From an uncultured Devosia sp. (GTDB taxonomy: Bacteria; Pseudomonadota; Alphaproteobacteria; Rhizobiales; Devosiaceae): a DNA stretch of 64,000 nucleotides. The stretch lies in NCBI RefSeq assembly GCF_913055165.1, contig NZ_CAJXJS010000015.1:276-64275 (forward strand). The letters run 5' to 3'. The position numbers and the translations under genes were made by a program. Below the pieces are notes generated by a model, which did not search any database, had not been told where the DNA came from, and was given only the letters and a program-made list of their open reading frames with translations. Positions within the stretch are counted from its first letter, which is position 1; the number at the start of each line of letters is the position of its first letter. This document shows positions 24,223-34,065 of this stretch, piece by piece.

Positions 24223-26085
24223 CTAGACCTGGCCCTCCTGCGCCTGCCGCGCCGACTGGCTGGCAGCGGCTTCCGCCTCTTCCTCAGCCACCGAGACGCC
24301 GCCTTCGCGGGCCTGGTCCCGCGCATTGCTGATCAGGAGCTGGCTGAGGTTACGCCAGTCCTCGCCTCCCAGCTGCAATTCGAAGCGCTGGCGGTCGCGG
24401 CTTCGCACCCCATCCAGCACCTCTTCCGCTTCGTCGTCCGTGGCCCCCAAGATCCGAATCGCGGTGCCACCGAACGTCAACGCCGACTCAAAAGTCTCGC
24501 GAAGCTGGTACTCAACGCCCGCCCGCACCAATTCGATCCCATGCGACCGGTCAAAGGCCCGCGCCATCACCCGCGCCAGCGGAAACTCGTCCCGCAGCAA
24601 TTCGGCAATGCGGGTGGTCTGCGCCTTCTGGTCGGTGCAGATCAGGATGAGGTCGGCCGTGGCCGCGCCGGCGGCGCGCAGGATATCGAGCCTTGTGCCG
24701 TCGCCATAATAGACCTTGAACCCGATCTGCGCCGCCGCCCTGATCATGTCCGTATCATTGTCGATGATCGAAACGCTGTGGCGCAATGCCAGCAGTGGCT
24801 GACTGACGATCTGGCCGAAACGTCCGAAGCCGATGATCAGCACCTTGCCGCTCAGGCCATCAGCCTCCTCCACGCCCTCCATGGATTGGGCCACTTTGGG
24901 CATCAGGTAGCGCATGCCGATGATGGCGAAGGGGGTTATCACCATCGAGATGATGACTGTCGCGGTGAAAATGGCATTTGTCGGCCCGTCGATCAGGCCG
25001 TTCGAGGCCGCGGTCGTATAGAGCACAAAGGCGAATTCGCCGCCCTGCCCCATCAGCACCGCCCGCTCCAGCGCCTCACCATGGTCGGATTTCAAGAGGC
25101 GCGCAATCACGTAGATCGCAACGGCCTTGACCAGCATATAAGCGATGACACTGAGTGCGATGATGCCCCAGTTCTCGGCCACCACGCGCAGATCCAGCGA
25201 CATGCCCACGGCCAGGAAGAACAGGCCCAGCAAGAGACCCCGGAACGGCTCCACATCGGCCTCAAGCTGATGCTTGAAGGTGGAAGTGGAGAGCAGAACA
25301 CCGGCCAGGAATGCCCCCATGGCCATCGACAATCCGCTCACCTGAAACAGCAAGGCGGCGCCCAGCACCACCAGCAGCGCGGCCGCCGTCATCACCTCGC
25401 GCACCTTGGACTGGGCCAGAAGCGCGAAGAACGGATTCATGATCCGCCGCCCCAGAAAGATCAGCAGCAGGATGGCGCCGACCGCCACACCGAGCGAAAT
25501 CAGCCGCGCCAGCATGCTCACATCGCCGGTCGACGGCGCCAGCAACGCGACCACCGCCAGCAGCGGCACGATCGCCAGGTCTTCAAGCAATAGCACCGAC
25601 ACCATTTTCTGCCCGCCCGGCGTCGCCAACTCGCCGCGCTCGCCCAATATCTGCATGACGATGGCGGTGGAGGTCAGCACAAAGCCCATGCCGAAGACGA
25701 ACGCCACCAGCGGCGCAAAGCCCAGCAACACGCCTACCCCGGTGAGCAGCGCGCCGCACACCGCCACCTGCAGCACGCCCAGTCCGAAGATCTGCTTGCG
25801 CAGCGCCCAAAGCCGGCTCGGTTCCATTTCGAGACCGATGATGAAGAGGAACAGCACCACGCCGAGCTCTGCCGCATGCAGCACCGATGCCGGATCGGAG
25901 ATTAGGCCTACGCCCGAAGGTCCCAGCAGCAAACCCGCCGCCAGATAGCCCAGGACCGCCCCCAGGCCTATGCGTTTGAACAGCGGGACCCCTATGGCAC
26001 CGGCCGCCAGCAAGGCGACCACCGGCACCAGGTCGAGGCCGTGATGCGCGGCCTCGGCCGCATGCGTGACAACGTCTCCAGCCAT
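24223..26085 (-). CDS. CPA2 (KefB/KefC-like) K+/H+ antiporter with a TrkA-N domain
   Basis: LGLGAVLGYL.AG, AELGVVLFLFIIGLE, QGGEFAFV, GFGRFGQ and YYGDGTRLDIL KTN motifs. Confidence 0.9.
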   Translation of the reverse strand: MAGDVVTHAAEAAHHGLDLVPVVALLAAGAIGVPLFKRIGLGAVLGYLAAGLLLGPSGVGLISDPASVLHAAELGVVLFLFIIGLEMEPSRLWALRKQIFGLGVLQVAVCGALLTGVGVLLGFAPLVAFVFGMGFVLTSTAIVMQILGERGELATPGGQKMVSVLLLEDLAIVPLLAVVALLAPSTGDVSMLARLISLGVAVGAILLLIFLGRRIMNPFFALLAQSKVREVMTAAALLVVLGAALLFQVSGLSMAMGAFLAGVLLSTSTFKHQLEADVEPFRGLLLGLFFLAVGMSLDLRVVAENWGIIALSVIAYMLVKAVAIYVIARLLKSDHGEALERAVLMGQGGEFAFVLYTTAASNGLIDGPTNAIFTATVIISMVITPFAIIGMRYLMPKVAQSMEGVEEADGLSGKVLIIGFGRFGQIVSQPLLALRHSVSIIDNDTDMIRAAAQIGFKVYYGDGTRLDILRAAGAATADLILICTDQKAQTTRIAELLRDEFPLARVMARAFDRSHGIELVRAGVEYQLRETFESALTFGGTAIRILGATDDEAEEVLDGVRSRDRQRFELQLGGEDWRNLSQLLISNARDQAREGGVSVAEEEAEAAASQSARQAQEGQV

Positions 26086-26164
26086 TCACCAGCCCCTGCA
26101 TAATTGGAGGCAAAGACTGGTTTGGCCACACGCCGCCGTCAAGCGATTCAATGATTATGCAGTA

Positions 26165-27418
26165 TCAGGTGGTGCTCGGCTCCACCCCGGTCGGCCCGGT
26201 TCCCTGAGGTGGCGCCTCACGGTCCTGCCGGCGCTCCTCCCCCTCGGCATCCTGCCGCTGCTCACGGATGGCCTGGGCCGCATTGGCCAGCAATTCGTCG
26301 CGGTCGGTCATGTTCCGCGTCCTTCGCACCGGGCGGCGGGGCCTGACTGGCTTGCTGGGCAGGGCATGCGAAATAACCGATTGCGCGATCAGCAAGGTCG
26401 GCACGGCAACCAGCCCTCCCACCGGCCCCCAAGCCCAGATCCAGAAAGTAATCGACAGGAAGATGATGAACGGGTTCAGAGTCAGCGTCCGGCCGATGAA
26501 ATGCGGCGTGAAGATCTGACCTTCGACAAAGTTGATGCTGGCATAGCAGGCTACCGGCAACAGGATTTGCACCAACTCGGTCTGCGTACCCAGACCGACC
26601 GCGAGCAGCACCGTGATCATGATCGCCTGCCCGACATAGGGTATGTAGTTGAGTACTGCCGCCATGGCACCCCACAATAGCGGGGACGGCATGCCGATCA
26701 GCCACATGGCAATGGTCACCGCGGTGCCCACGCACATATTGATCAGCGTCACCGACAACAGGAACCGGCTGACCTTCTGTTCGACATCGCGGAATACGTG
26801 GGCTGTCCGCCAGCGCATGCGGCGGGTCACGCACATCGAGAGCACTGACATGCGGATATGGTCGCGCGTGGCCACGAAAAAATAGAGGCTGGCCAGGAAG
26901 ATCGCTACCCGCGCCAGCACCGCCGGCGCCAGCATGGCCATGCCCGCGACTGTGCTCGAATCCTCGACCTGAACGGACATGGCGCTGTCCGACCCGAGGG
27001 CCGAACTGAGCTGCTCCTGGAAAGCACCAATCGATTCCAGCGGCTCTCGCAGATTGGCCAACTGAGCCTGCAATTTTTCCCAAATCAGCGGCGCCCGCGC
27101 CACCCACTCGCTGAGTGGCACCGCGAACAGCACGCCGAAGGCGGCAATTACCCCCAGGAGCAATAGAACCACCACACCTGCCGACAGCGCAGGCGGAACA
27201 CCCCAACCCTCCAATCGATCAGCGACAGGGCCAAACATCAGCCCCACGACTATGGCGAGGGTGACCGGCGCCAGAAACAGCTGCCCCGCCTGCAAGACCG
27301 TTAGCAAGACGGCGAAGCCGATACCGACCATGGCTAGCCGCGCGGCATTGTTGAGAATGCGCTCGAACTGGCTTTCATCCAGGGCAGCAGAGGAAGCGGA
27401 CGGAAGGTGACGCATCAA
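26165..27418 (-). CDS. AI-2E family transporter
   Basis: LNYIPYVG, EGQIFTPHFIGRTLTLNP, W.WGPVGGLVAVP motifs. Confidence 0.88.
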   Translation of the reverse strand: MMRHLPSASSAALDESQFERILNNAARLAMVGIGFAVLLTVLQAGQLFLAPVTLAIVVGLMFGPVADRLEGWGVPPALSAGVVVLLLLGVIAAFGVLFAVPLSEWVARAPLIWEKLQAQLANLREPLESIGAFQEQLSSALGSDSAMSVQVEDSSTVAGMAMLAPAVLARVAIFLASLYFFVATRDHIRMSVLSMCVTRRMRWRTAHVFRDVEQKVSRFLLSVTLINMCVGTAVTIAMWLIGMPSPLLWGAMAAVLNYIPYVGQAIMITVLLAVGLGTQTELVQILLPVACYASINFVEGQIFTPHFIGRTLTLNPFIIFLSITFWIWAWGPVGGLVAVPTLLIAQSVISHALPSKPVRPRRPVRRTRNMTDRDELLANAAQAIREQRQDAEGEERRQDREAPPQGTGPTGVEPSTT

Positions 27419-27446
27419 ATATGTCCACGCGTTGGGAATATCCGAG

Positions 27447-27472
27447 AACGCTTGCCCTGAGGCTTTCGTTCC
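27447..27472 (-). promoter_or_regulatory. EcfG/RpoE2/SigT-type general-stress promoter of the AI-2E gene
   Basis: Minus strand GGAAC-N17-CGTT, an exact match to the alphaproteobacterial general stress consensus, about 30 nt before the start. Confidence 0.7.
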
Positions 27473-27553
27473 GCAGTCGCGGCCGGGTCATCGACCATGT
27501 CATGGCCCTTGGATAAGCTCCGGCCAAATTCAAACTGAGTCTCTGGAACAACC

Positions 27554-28495
27554 ATGCCTCGCAAGATCATCATCGATACCGACCCCGGCCAGGACGATGC
27601 CGTCGCCATCCTGATGGCGCTGGCCTCCCCCGAGGAGCTGGAAGTGCTGGGCGTGGTGGCCGTGGCCGGCAATGTGGGCCTGCATCACAACGCCAACAAC
27701 GCCCGCAAGGTGGTGGAACTATCCGGTCGCACCGAAGTGCCGGTCTATGCTGGCTGCTCCCGGCCCATGCGGCGCCATCTGGTCACTGCCGAACACGTGC
27801 ACGGTGAAACCGGCCTCAATGGCCCGGATCTGCCCGAGCCAATCATTCCCCTCCAGCCGCAGCACGGCGTCGATTTCATCATCGACACGCTGATGAATGC
27901 CGAGCCCAAGACCATTACCCTGTGCACCCTCGGGCCACTGACCAATATCGCCATGGCGCTGGTCAAGCAGCCCGCCATTGCCGAGCGCATCCAGGAAATC
28001 GTCATGATGGGCGGCGCCTATTTCGAGGTGGGCAACATCACCCCGGCGGCCGAGTTCAACATCTATGTCGATCCCGAGGCGGCCGATGTGGTCATGCGCT
28101 GCGGCGCCCCGATCACCATCCTGCCGCTCGACGTGACCCACATGATCCAGTCGACGCCCGATCGGCTCGCCGCCATCAAGGCACTGAACAGCCGGACCGG
28201 CGATGCGGTCCACGCCATGCTGACCTTCTCGGAGACCTTCGACCTGCAGAAATATGGCTGGGACGGCGCGCCGCTGCACGACCCCACCGTGATCGCCTAT
28301 CTCTTGCAGCCGGGCCTTTTCGAGGGGCGGCACTGCAATGTCACCATCGAGACGGCGAGCGAGCTGACCATGGGCATGACCGTAGTCGACTACTGGCACG
28401 TCTCAGGCCGCAGCTATAATGCCAACTATCTCCGCTCGGGCGACGCCGAGGGCTTCTACGCACTGCTGCTGGAGCGGCTGGCCCGACTGCCATAG
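27554..28495 (+). CDS. Nucleoside hydrolase (IU-NH/Rih family)
   Basis: DTDPGQDDA, GNITPAAEFNIYVDPEAA, PLHDP. Confidence 0.93.
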   Translation: MPRKIIIDTDPGQDDAVAILMALASPEELEVLGVVAVAGNVGLHHNANNARKVVELSGRTEVPVYAGCSRPMRRHLVTAEHVHGETGLNGPDLPEPIIPLQPQHGVDFIIDTLMNAEPKTITLCTLGPLTNIAMALVKQPAIAERIQEIVMMGGAYFEVGNITPAAEFNIYVDPEAADVVMRCGAPITILPLDVTHMIQSTPDRLAAIKALNSRTGDAVHAMLTFSETFDLQKYGWDGAPLHDPTVIAYLLQPGLFEGRHCNVTIETASELTMGMTVVDYWHVSGRSYNANYLRSGDAEGFYALLLERLARLP

Positions 28496-28654
28496 GCCGC
28501 GCCCAAAAAGTGGATGCGTGATCCTCTCGCCAGATCGTCCCAGCCTCACGCAAGCGTGATGCCGTCGCCGAAACTGGGCGCAAAAACGCCCCGTAGCTCT
28601 CTGTGATCGGCCCGGCGGGAGGAGCCGCCAGCCGCACCAACAGGGAGACGCATC

Positions 28655-29206
28655 ATGAATATCGCCCGGTCCGCAGTCGCCATTGCAGCCTTCGCCCTTG
28701 CCTCCGGCATGGCTATCGCGCAGGACAACCCCATGGTCGGCGGTGCCGCCATGTTTGCAGACAAGAACATCGTCGAGAACGCCGTCAACTCGGCTGACCA
28801 CACCACGCTGGTCGCCGCCGTCACGGCTGCAGACCTTGTCGAGACACTGCAGGGCCCCGGCCCCTTCACCGTTTTCGCACCCACCAATGACGCCTTCGGC
28901 AAACTGCCCGCGGGCACCGTTGATACGCTCCTGATGGAGGAGAACAAGGACCAGCTGGTCAAGGTGCTTACCGCCCATGTCGTGGCCGGCAAGCTTTCGG
29001 CCGGCGACCTTATCAGCCGCGCTCGCGCCAATGGCGGCCGCTACAATATGCAGACCGTGAGCGGCGACGCCCTCACCGCCGAGGTCCGCGGAAACCACGT
29101 CTATATCTACGACGAAGCCGGCGGCGCCGCCCTGGTGACCATCGCCGATGTCAACCAGTCCAACGGCGTCATCCACGTCGTCAACGACGTGCTGCTGCCG
29201 CGATAA
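28655..29206 (+). CDS. Fasciclin (FAS1) domain secreted protein
   Basis: Signal peptide, NPMVGGAAM, GPFTVFAPTNDAF, HVV.G, SNGVIHVVNDVLLP. Confidence 0.93.
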   Translation: MNIARSAVAIAAFALASGMAIAQDNPMVGGAAMFADKNIVENAVNSADHTTLVAAVTAADLVETLQGPGPFTVFAPTNDAFGKLPAGTVDTLLMEENKDQLVKVLTAHVVAGKLSAGDLISRARANGGRYNMQTVSGDALTAEVRGNHVYIYDEAGGAALVTIADVNQSNGVIHVVNDVLLPR

Positions 29207-29229
29207 CCCCTTCCTCTCCGGCGCGGCAC

Positions 29230-29257
29230 AGGCCCTGCACGAAAGTGCAGGGCCTTG
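29230..29257 (+). terminator. Probable terminator hairpin after the fasciclin gene
   Basis: AGGCCCTGCAC-GAAA-GTGCAGGGCCT is a perfect 11-bp stem with a GNRA loop; the U-tract is weak. Confidence 0.6.
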
Positions 29258-29437
29258 TCGTGTGGAGATGGCGAACGGGGGGCGTGGCCGGCTTCGACTC
29301 AATCGCGGACATTGGCGTTTCGCTTCCGCAACAATCGCTTCTCGCCTCAAGCGGTCAATCAGAAACCGGGCTGACGGCAGACCTTTCAGGACATCGTTGG
29401 AGCGGCCGCACGATTTCGGACGACCGCTCTTGCGCCG

Positions 29438-29932
29438 TTAGTACATCAACCGCTTGTTGGTTGCGTCTTCCGGAACCTGCTGCATCACGTCCCAGTGTTC
29501 GACGATCTTGCCGTCCGCAACCCGGAAAATATCGACAATGACAGTGACGGGGCCATTGTTCTGGCTGGGCTGGGCAATCTGGGTCATGACCAAATCGCCT
29601 TCGGCAATTACGCGCAGAAACTCGATCTTCTGCGTGGGCGCATTGAGAATACCCCATTGTTCCAGCGCCTGCTTCACGGCCTCCCGACCGTCACCCATGT
29701 AGGGATTGTGCTGGACGTAGTCTTCAGCCCAATAGCGGTCGAGTGCCGCAAGGTCGTGGTCTCCGAACAGAGCCTGGTAGGCTGTCGTCACCAGCTGCTT
29801 GTTCTGCTCGGTCAGGTCATACTGCTGGACCTTCTGATCGGGTGTAATTTCCTGCGCTGCCACCGACGACAGATCGGCGGCCGCGAAGACTGCGGTCAGC
29901 GCTGCTGCCGCGAAAAGCCTTGACGAATTCAT
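29438..29932 (-). CDS. SnoaL/NTF2-like protein with signal peptide
   Basis: DYVQHNP..GDGREA, VIAEGDLV, DIFRVADGKIVEHWDV; N-terminal Sec signal. Confidence 0.85.
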   Translation of the reverse strand: MNSSRLFAAAALTAVFAAADLSSVAAQEITPDQKVQQYDLTEQNKQLVTTAYQALFGDHDLAALDRYWAEDYVQHNPYMGDGREAVKQALEQWGILNAPTQKIEFLRVIAEGDLVMTQIAQPSQNNGPVTVIVDIFRVADGKIVEHWDVMQQVPEDATNKRLMY

Positions 29933-29958
29933 GGTAGAAGTCCTTTCCAGTGTGATGA

Positions 29959-30348
29959 TCAGCTGAGCGCCCGCGACACCAGAACCGTGTCCACATACTG
30001 GGTCATGCGAACGATCTTGCCGCCGGCGATGTGGTAAAGATGCGCGAAGGGCGCGGTCATCGCCTTGCCCGTGGCTTTGTAGGTGCCCGAATAGACGCCG
30101 AAGGCGGCCACCCGGTCACCATCGGCGAGGTAGGTGTGAACGTCGGCCCGATAGCCGATCCACTCCGTCGCAAGGCGGTGAAACACGCCCTGCATCAAAG
30201 CATCAATGCCCACATAGGTGCCGGCATAAGGAAAGCCCTCGGCTTCCGTCCATTGGACATCGGGGGAGAGGACCGCAAGCAGGTTGCGGCCGTTCTCTTC
30301 GGAGGAGCCTTCATAAGTGGCCCGGACCAGGTCCAGATTGCCGCTCAT
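29959..30348 (-). CDS. NTF2/SnoaL-like protein
   Basis: W.EAEGFPYAGTY.G, GTYKATGK, GKIVRM.QYVDT. Confidence 0.87.
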   Translation of the reverse strand: MSGNLDLVRATYEGSSEENGRNLLAVLSPDVQWTEAEGFPYAGTYVGIDALMQGVFHRLATEWIGYRADVHTYLADGDRVAAFGVYSGTYKATGKAMTAPFAHLYHIAGGKIVRMTQYVDTVLVSRALS

Positions 30349-30349
30349 T

Positions 30350-31162
30350 TCAGCCCCACTTCATCTCGCCGGTCGCAACCTTGGCGCCGAGGTCGAGTGC
30401 CACGCCCATGCCTAGGCCCGGGAAGCGTGCTTCCATTGCAGCCTTGAGGCCGGCGGCGTCCTTGGCCTGTGCCAGCTCCGCCTCGAAGGCAAGGAGGTAG
30501 GACTTGGTATGTTCTATGGCCGCAAGGCCCAGCGGCGCTTCGGGATCCATGTGACCGGGGACGACCACGGCAGGGTTCTGGGCAGCGATCCGGTCCAGAT
30601 TGGCAATCCATGCGGCGCGCAGCTCTTTGGTGGCCGTGTCTGCCGTCCAAACATGAACGCCCGAGAAGATCATGACGCCGCCGAAAACCGCATTCAGCGA
30701 GGGCACGAACAGGGAGCGCCGATTGGCGAGACCGCTGGCCGGCACGATTTCGACCGTTTCGCCGTCGACCGACAAGGACGGTCCATCGAAGGCCTCCGGC
30801 ATCACGATGTCGGCGAGCGCCTGCGGACCGTTTTCGCCCAGTTGGGGTCCCCACGTCGCAAGCTTCTTGGCAACGTTGCCCCTGATCGCCTCGATGGTGG
30901 CCGACGCCGCCAGAACCTTGGCATCAGGAAAGGCGGCACGCACCGGCCCGAGACCAAAATAAAAGTCCGGATCGGACTGACTGACATAGATGGTCTTGAG
31001 CGACTTGCCGGTGGCCTTTATCGCCTCTGCCAGGGCACGTCCGTCGGCATAGGTGAAACCACCATCGACAAGCAGGGCCTCTGTCGGACCCGTTAGCAGG
31101 ACGGGCGCCCGAAAGAAGCCGTTGGGGCCCGCTGGGAAGTGTTTCCATTCAAGCGTAGTCAT
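30350..31162 (-). CDS. MBL-fold hydrolase with a degenerate metal motif
   Basis: LLVDGGF, SQSDPDFYFG in place of HxHxDH, VVPGH. ATG 31162 preceded by GGAG. Confidence 0.85.
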   Translation of the reverse strand: MTTLEWKHFPAGPNGFFRAPVLLTGPTEALLVDGGFTYADGRALAEAIKATGKSLKTIYVSQSDPDFYFGLGPVRAAFPDAKVLAASATIEAIRGNVAKKLATWGPQLGENGPQALADIVMPEAFDGPSLSVDGETVEIVPASGLANRRSLFVPSLNAVFGGVMIFSGVHVWTADTATKELRAAWIANLDRIAAQNPAVVVPGHMDPEAPLGLAAIEHTKSYLLAFEAELAQAKDAAGLKAAMEARFPGLGMGVALDLGAKVATGEMKWG

Positions 31163-31276
31163 CGCGCTCTCCGCGTCTGAAGTTGAAGTGATGCAGAGAT
31201 AGGCCGCCGCTATTGATTGATAAATCACCTCTTGGCTGATTAACTGTAAGCCAAAACCATACAATGGAGATCGGCC

Positions 31277-32206
31277 ATGGAGGCGATCAATCTCAACCGT
31301 CTAGCCTACTTCGTTGCGGTCGCCGAAACCGGCTCGTTCACCCGCGCAGCCGAGCGCCTCGGGATCACCAAGGCGGTGGTCAGCGAGCAGGTGCGGCGCC
31401 TGGAGGCCGACCTGCGGACAAGCCTGCTCATTCGCACCACCCGCCGCGTCGATCTCACCGAAGCGGGGCGGTTGCTGCATAATCGATGCGTGACGATCTT
31501 CAGCAATGCGGAGGACGCCATTGGCGAGGTGGCGCAGTTCAATGCGGAACCGCGCGGGGTGCTCAAGGTCACCGCACCCAATGACTTCGGGGCCTCGATC
31601 GTGGCGCCGGCTGTCGCAAAGTTCACCCAGCAATATCCGGAATGCAGGGTGGAACTGCTGCTCTCGGATACCAAGATCGATCTGGTCGAAGCCCACATCG
31701 ATCTTGCCATCCGCGTCGGCTGGCTTCAGGATTCCAGCAATCTGGCGCGCCGGATTGGTACGTTTCGACAGTTCGTTGTAGCGGCTTCGAGCGCTAACGC
31801 GGCGGGGCGCGTTGCAGGGCCTGCGGACCTGGGGGCCCTGCCGTTTATCGCAAATGCGTCGTTGAAAGATCCGCTGCTATGGCACTTCACCAGGGCCGGT
31901 GGCGATGAGACCACCGTGCGGTTGGGTCAGCATATTCTAACCAATTCCACGCCCGCTGCTCTGGCGGCCACTCTGGCTGGCGGCGGCATGTCCGTATTGC
32001 CCGACTTTCTGGTTGATGAGTACATTCGGTCTGGCCAGCTCGTGCGGCTGCTCCCTGACTGGGAGCTGCCCGAGGGCGGAGTCCATGTCGTCCTTCCCCC
32101 CGCTCGTTTTCGCCCGCCCAGGGTAACCGCGTTTGTAGCCATGCTGTCGGAACAGCGCCTGGGGGATACTGTCGAAGGCCATCGCACCCAAAGCAGGGTC
32201 AGGTGA
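31277..32206 (+). CDS. LysR family regulator, divergent from the MBL/NTF2 operon
   Basis: HTH GSFTRAAERLG.TKAVVS, LL.RTTRRV.LTEAG. Inverted repeats TGATT-N4-AATCA and TTGGCT-N11-AGCCAA lie in the intergenic gap. Confidence 0.93.
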   Translation: MEAINLNRLAYFVAVAETGSFTRAAERLGITKAVVSEQVRRLEADLRTSLLIRTTRRVDLTEAGRLLHNRCVTIFSNAEDAIGEVAQFNAEPRGVLKVTAPNDFGASIVAPAVAKFTQQYPECRVELLLSDTKIDLVEAHIDLAIRVGWLQDSSNLARRIGTFRQFVVAASSANAAGRVAGPADLGALPFIANASLKDPLLWHFTRAGGDETTVRLGQHILTNSTPAALAATLAGGGMSVLPDFLVDEYIRSGQLVRLLPDWELPEGGVHVVLPPARFRPPRVTAFVAMLSEQRLGDTVEGHRTQSRVR

Positions 32207-32318
32207 GATCTTGGTTTGCATGGGGCGCAGGGCCGTTCTTTGCGCGGAGCCGTCATTCGCACATCGACAACGGACTGACCGCTTCCCCCCCCCTCCTCGC
32301 CTCGAGCAATTCCTCCCC

Positions 32319-33896
32319 TCACCCCAGAACCACCTCCCGCTCTACCCCGATCGCCTCCAGGAACGCAGGATCGTGGCTGATCACCAGCAGCGCGCCGTCG
32401 AATGCCCGCAGCCCCGCCTCCACAACCTCTACGGCCTCGATGTCGAGATGATTGGTGGGCTCGTCCAGTACCACCAACATGGGCGGGGTCGCACCGCCGA
32501 GCACGCAGGCCAGCCCGGCACGCAGCATTTCCCCGCCGCTCAAAGTGCCAACGCTCTGCAGCGCAGCATCATTGCGGAACTTGAACGCCGCCAGCACCGC
32601 CCGGCAATCGTTGACAGAGCTTTCCGGATTGAGCCGCCGGAAATTCTCCAGGATGCTCTCCCTCCGGTCCAACAGCCCGACCTGCTGGTCGAGCAGCACC
32701 ATCGGCCCGCCGATCTGCACCGTGCCCGCGCTCGGCGCCAGCTCCCCGGTCAGCAGTTTCAGCAAGGTCGTCTTGCCCACGCCATTGGGCCCGGTGATCG
32801 CGACCCGCTCCGGCCCGATCATGTCGAGGGAAAAATCTTCGATCACCGGTCGCTCGGGATCGTATCCGCCGCTGACACCACTGGCCCGCAGCACCACCTT
32901 TCCCGAGGGCAATCCGCTCGGCTTGAGCTTGACGGCAAAGGGCGTCAGCACCTCGATCCTCGCCCGCGCCTCCTCCGCCTGCATCTGCGCCGCATCGGCC
33001 TGCTTTTCCCCCAGAAGGTCGAGCCCGCCCGCCGTCGCCTCGGCCCGCCGCTTCATGCCGCCGAGGAGGATTTTTGGCATGTCCCCCTTGGCCGCCTTCC
33101 TGCGACCCCCGGCATCGCGCCGGGCCTGTCGCTCGCGCGCCTCCTGCGCCGCCTTGGCCGTCTCGCCCACCTGCCGCTCCGCCACCGAGAGGTCGCGCTG
33201 GGCCGAGGCCAGTTCCAGCGCCTTGCGCTCCCGGTAGTGCGTGTAGTTGCCGCCATAGGTGGTGGCGCCAAGGCTGGTCAGTTCGACAATGGCATCCATG
33301 GTGTCGAGCAGGCCACGATCATGACTGATGACAATGGCCGCGTCGCGCCAGCCTGCCAGCATCACGGCCACCGCCGCCCTGCCCTCGGCATCCAGATTAT
33401 TGGTCGGCTCGTCGAGCAGGATCAGGTCCGGCGCATCGAACTGCAGGGCCGCCAAAGCCGCCCGTGTCCGCTGCCCACCCGAGAGGGTCGAGAGCAAGGT
33501 GTCCGGCCGAACATCCAGAGCCAGCGCCGCCAGCGCTGCGTCGAGCCGCGCCTCCAGCGTCCAGTCGGCCTCGGCCAGTTCCTCGGCGCTGGCCTCTCCC
33601 GCCATGGCGCGATCGATGAGGGCAAGGCCGGCCCGAACCCGGAACAGATCGGCAATGGTCTCATATGGCCCCGGCTGCACCTGCTGCCGCAACACGCCGA
33701 TCCGCCCGGCAACGCTGACCGTGCCGGATGCGGGGGGCAGCTCGCCGGTGATGAGCCGCAGCAGCGTCGTCTTGCCCACGCCATTGCGGCCGACAAGACC
33801 GGTGCGTCCGGTGCCGAAACTGAGGTCGAGATGGGAGAAAAGGGTCTGGCCGTCAGGGCCGGTGTAGGTCAGTCGCGATAGCGTTACGGAAGGCAT
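32319..33896 (-). CDS. ABC-F family ATPase (two NBDs, no transmembrane domain)
   Basis: Walker A GRNGVGKT and GPNGVGKT, LSGGQ/LSGGE, two LDEPTN motifs. Start at ATG 33896. Confidence 0.92.
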   Translation of the reverse strand: MPSVTLSRLTYTGPDGQTLFSHLDLSFGTGRTGLVGRNGVGKTTLLRLITGELPPASGTVSVAGRIGVLRQQVQPGPYETIADLFRVRAGLALIDRAMAGEASAEELAEADWTLEARLDAALAALALDVRPDTLLSTLSGGQRTRAALAALQFDAPDLILLDEPTNNLDAEGRAAVAVMLAGWRDAAIVISHDRGLLDTMDAIVELTSLGATTYGGNYTHYRERKALELASAQRDLSVAERQVGETAKAAQEARERQARRDAGGRRKAAKGDMPKILLGGMKRRAEATAGGLDLLGEKQADAAQMQAEEARARIEVLTPFAVKLKPSGLPSGKVVLRASGVSGGYDPERPVIEDFSLDMIGPERVAITGPNGVGKTTLLKLLTGELAPSAGTVQIGGPMVLLDQQVGLLDRRESILENFRRLNPESSVNDCRAVLAAFKFRNDAALQSVGTLSGGEMLRAGLACVLGGATPPMLVVLDEPTNHLDIEAVEVVEAGLRAFDGALLVISHDPAFLEAIGVEREVVLG

Positions 33897-34065
33897 GGTT
33901 GGGCAAATCCTCAAGGGCAAAGAAAGTCGGCTTTGCTGTGAGGATGCGATCCATTGGGAACCGTCCGGTCGGGTTGCGATCCGTCCTACATAATCGCTCG
34001 CGCCGCCTCTGGCAAATCGCCCTGCCGAGGCGTAATGTCCGGGCGCTTATTCCCGGATGCCCGCC

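Noticed and set aside
29290-29430. Palindromic fragments here and at 32220-32290 as cassette or att-like ends of the MBL/NTF2 block
   Set aside because: No shared repeat between the two flanks could be demonstrated by eye.
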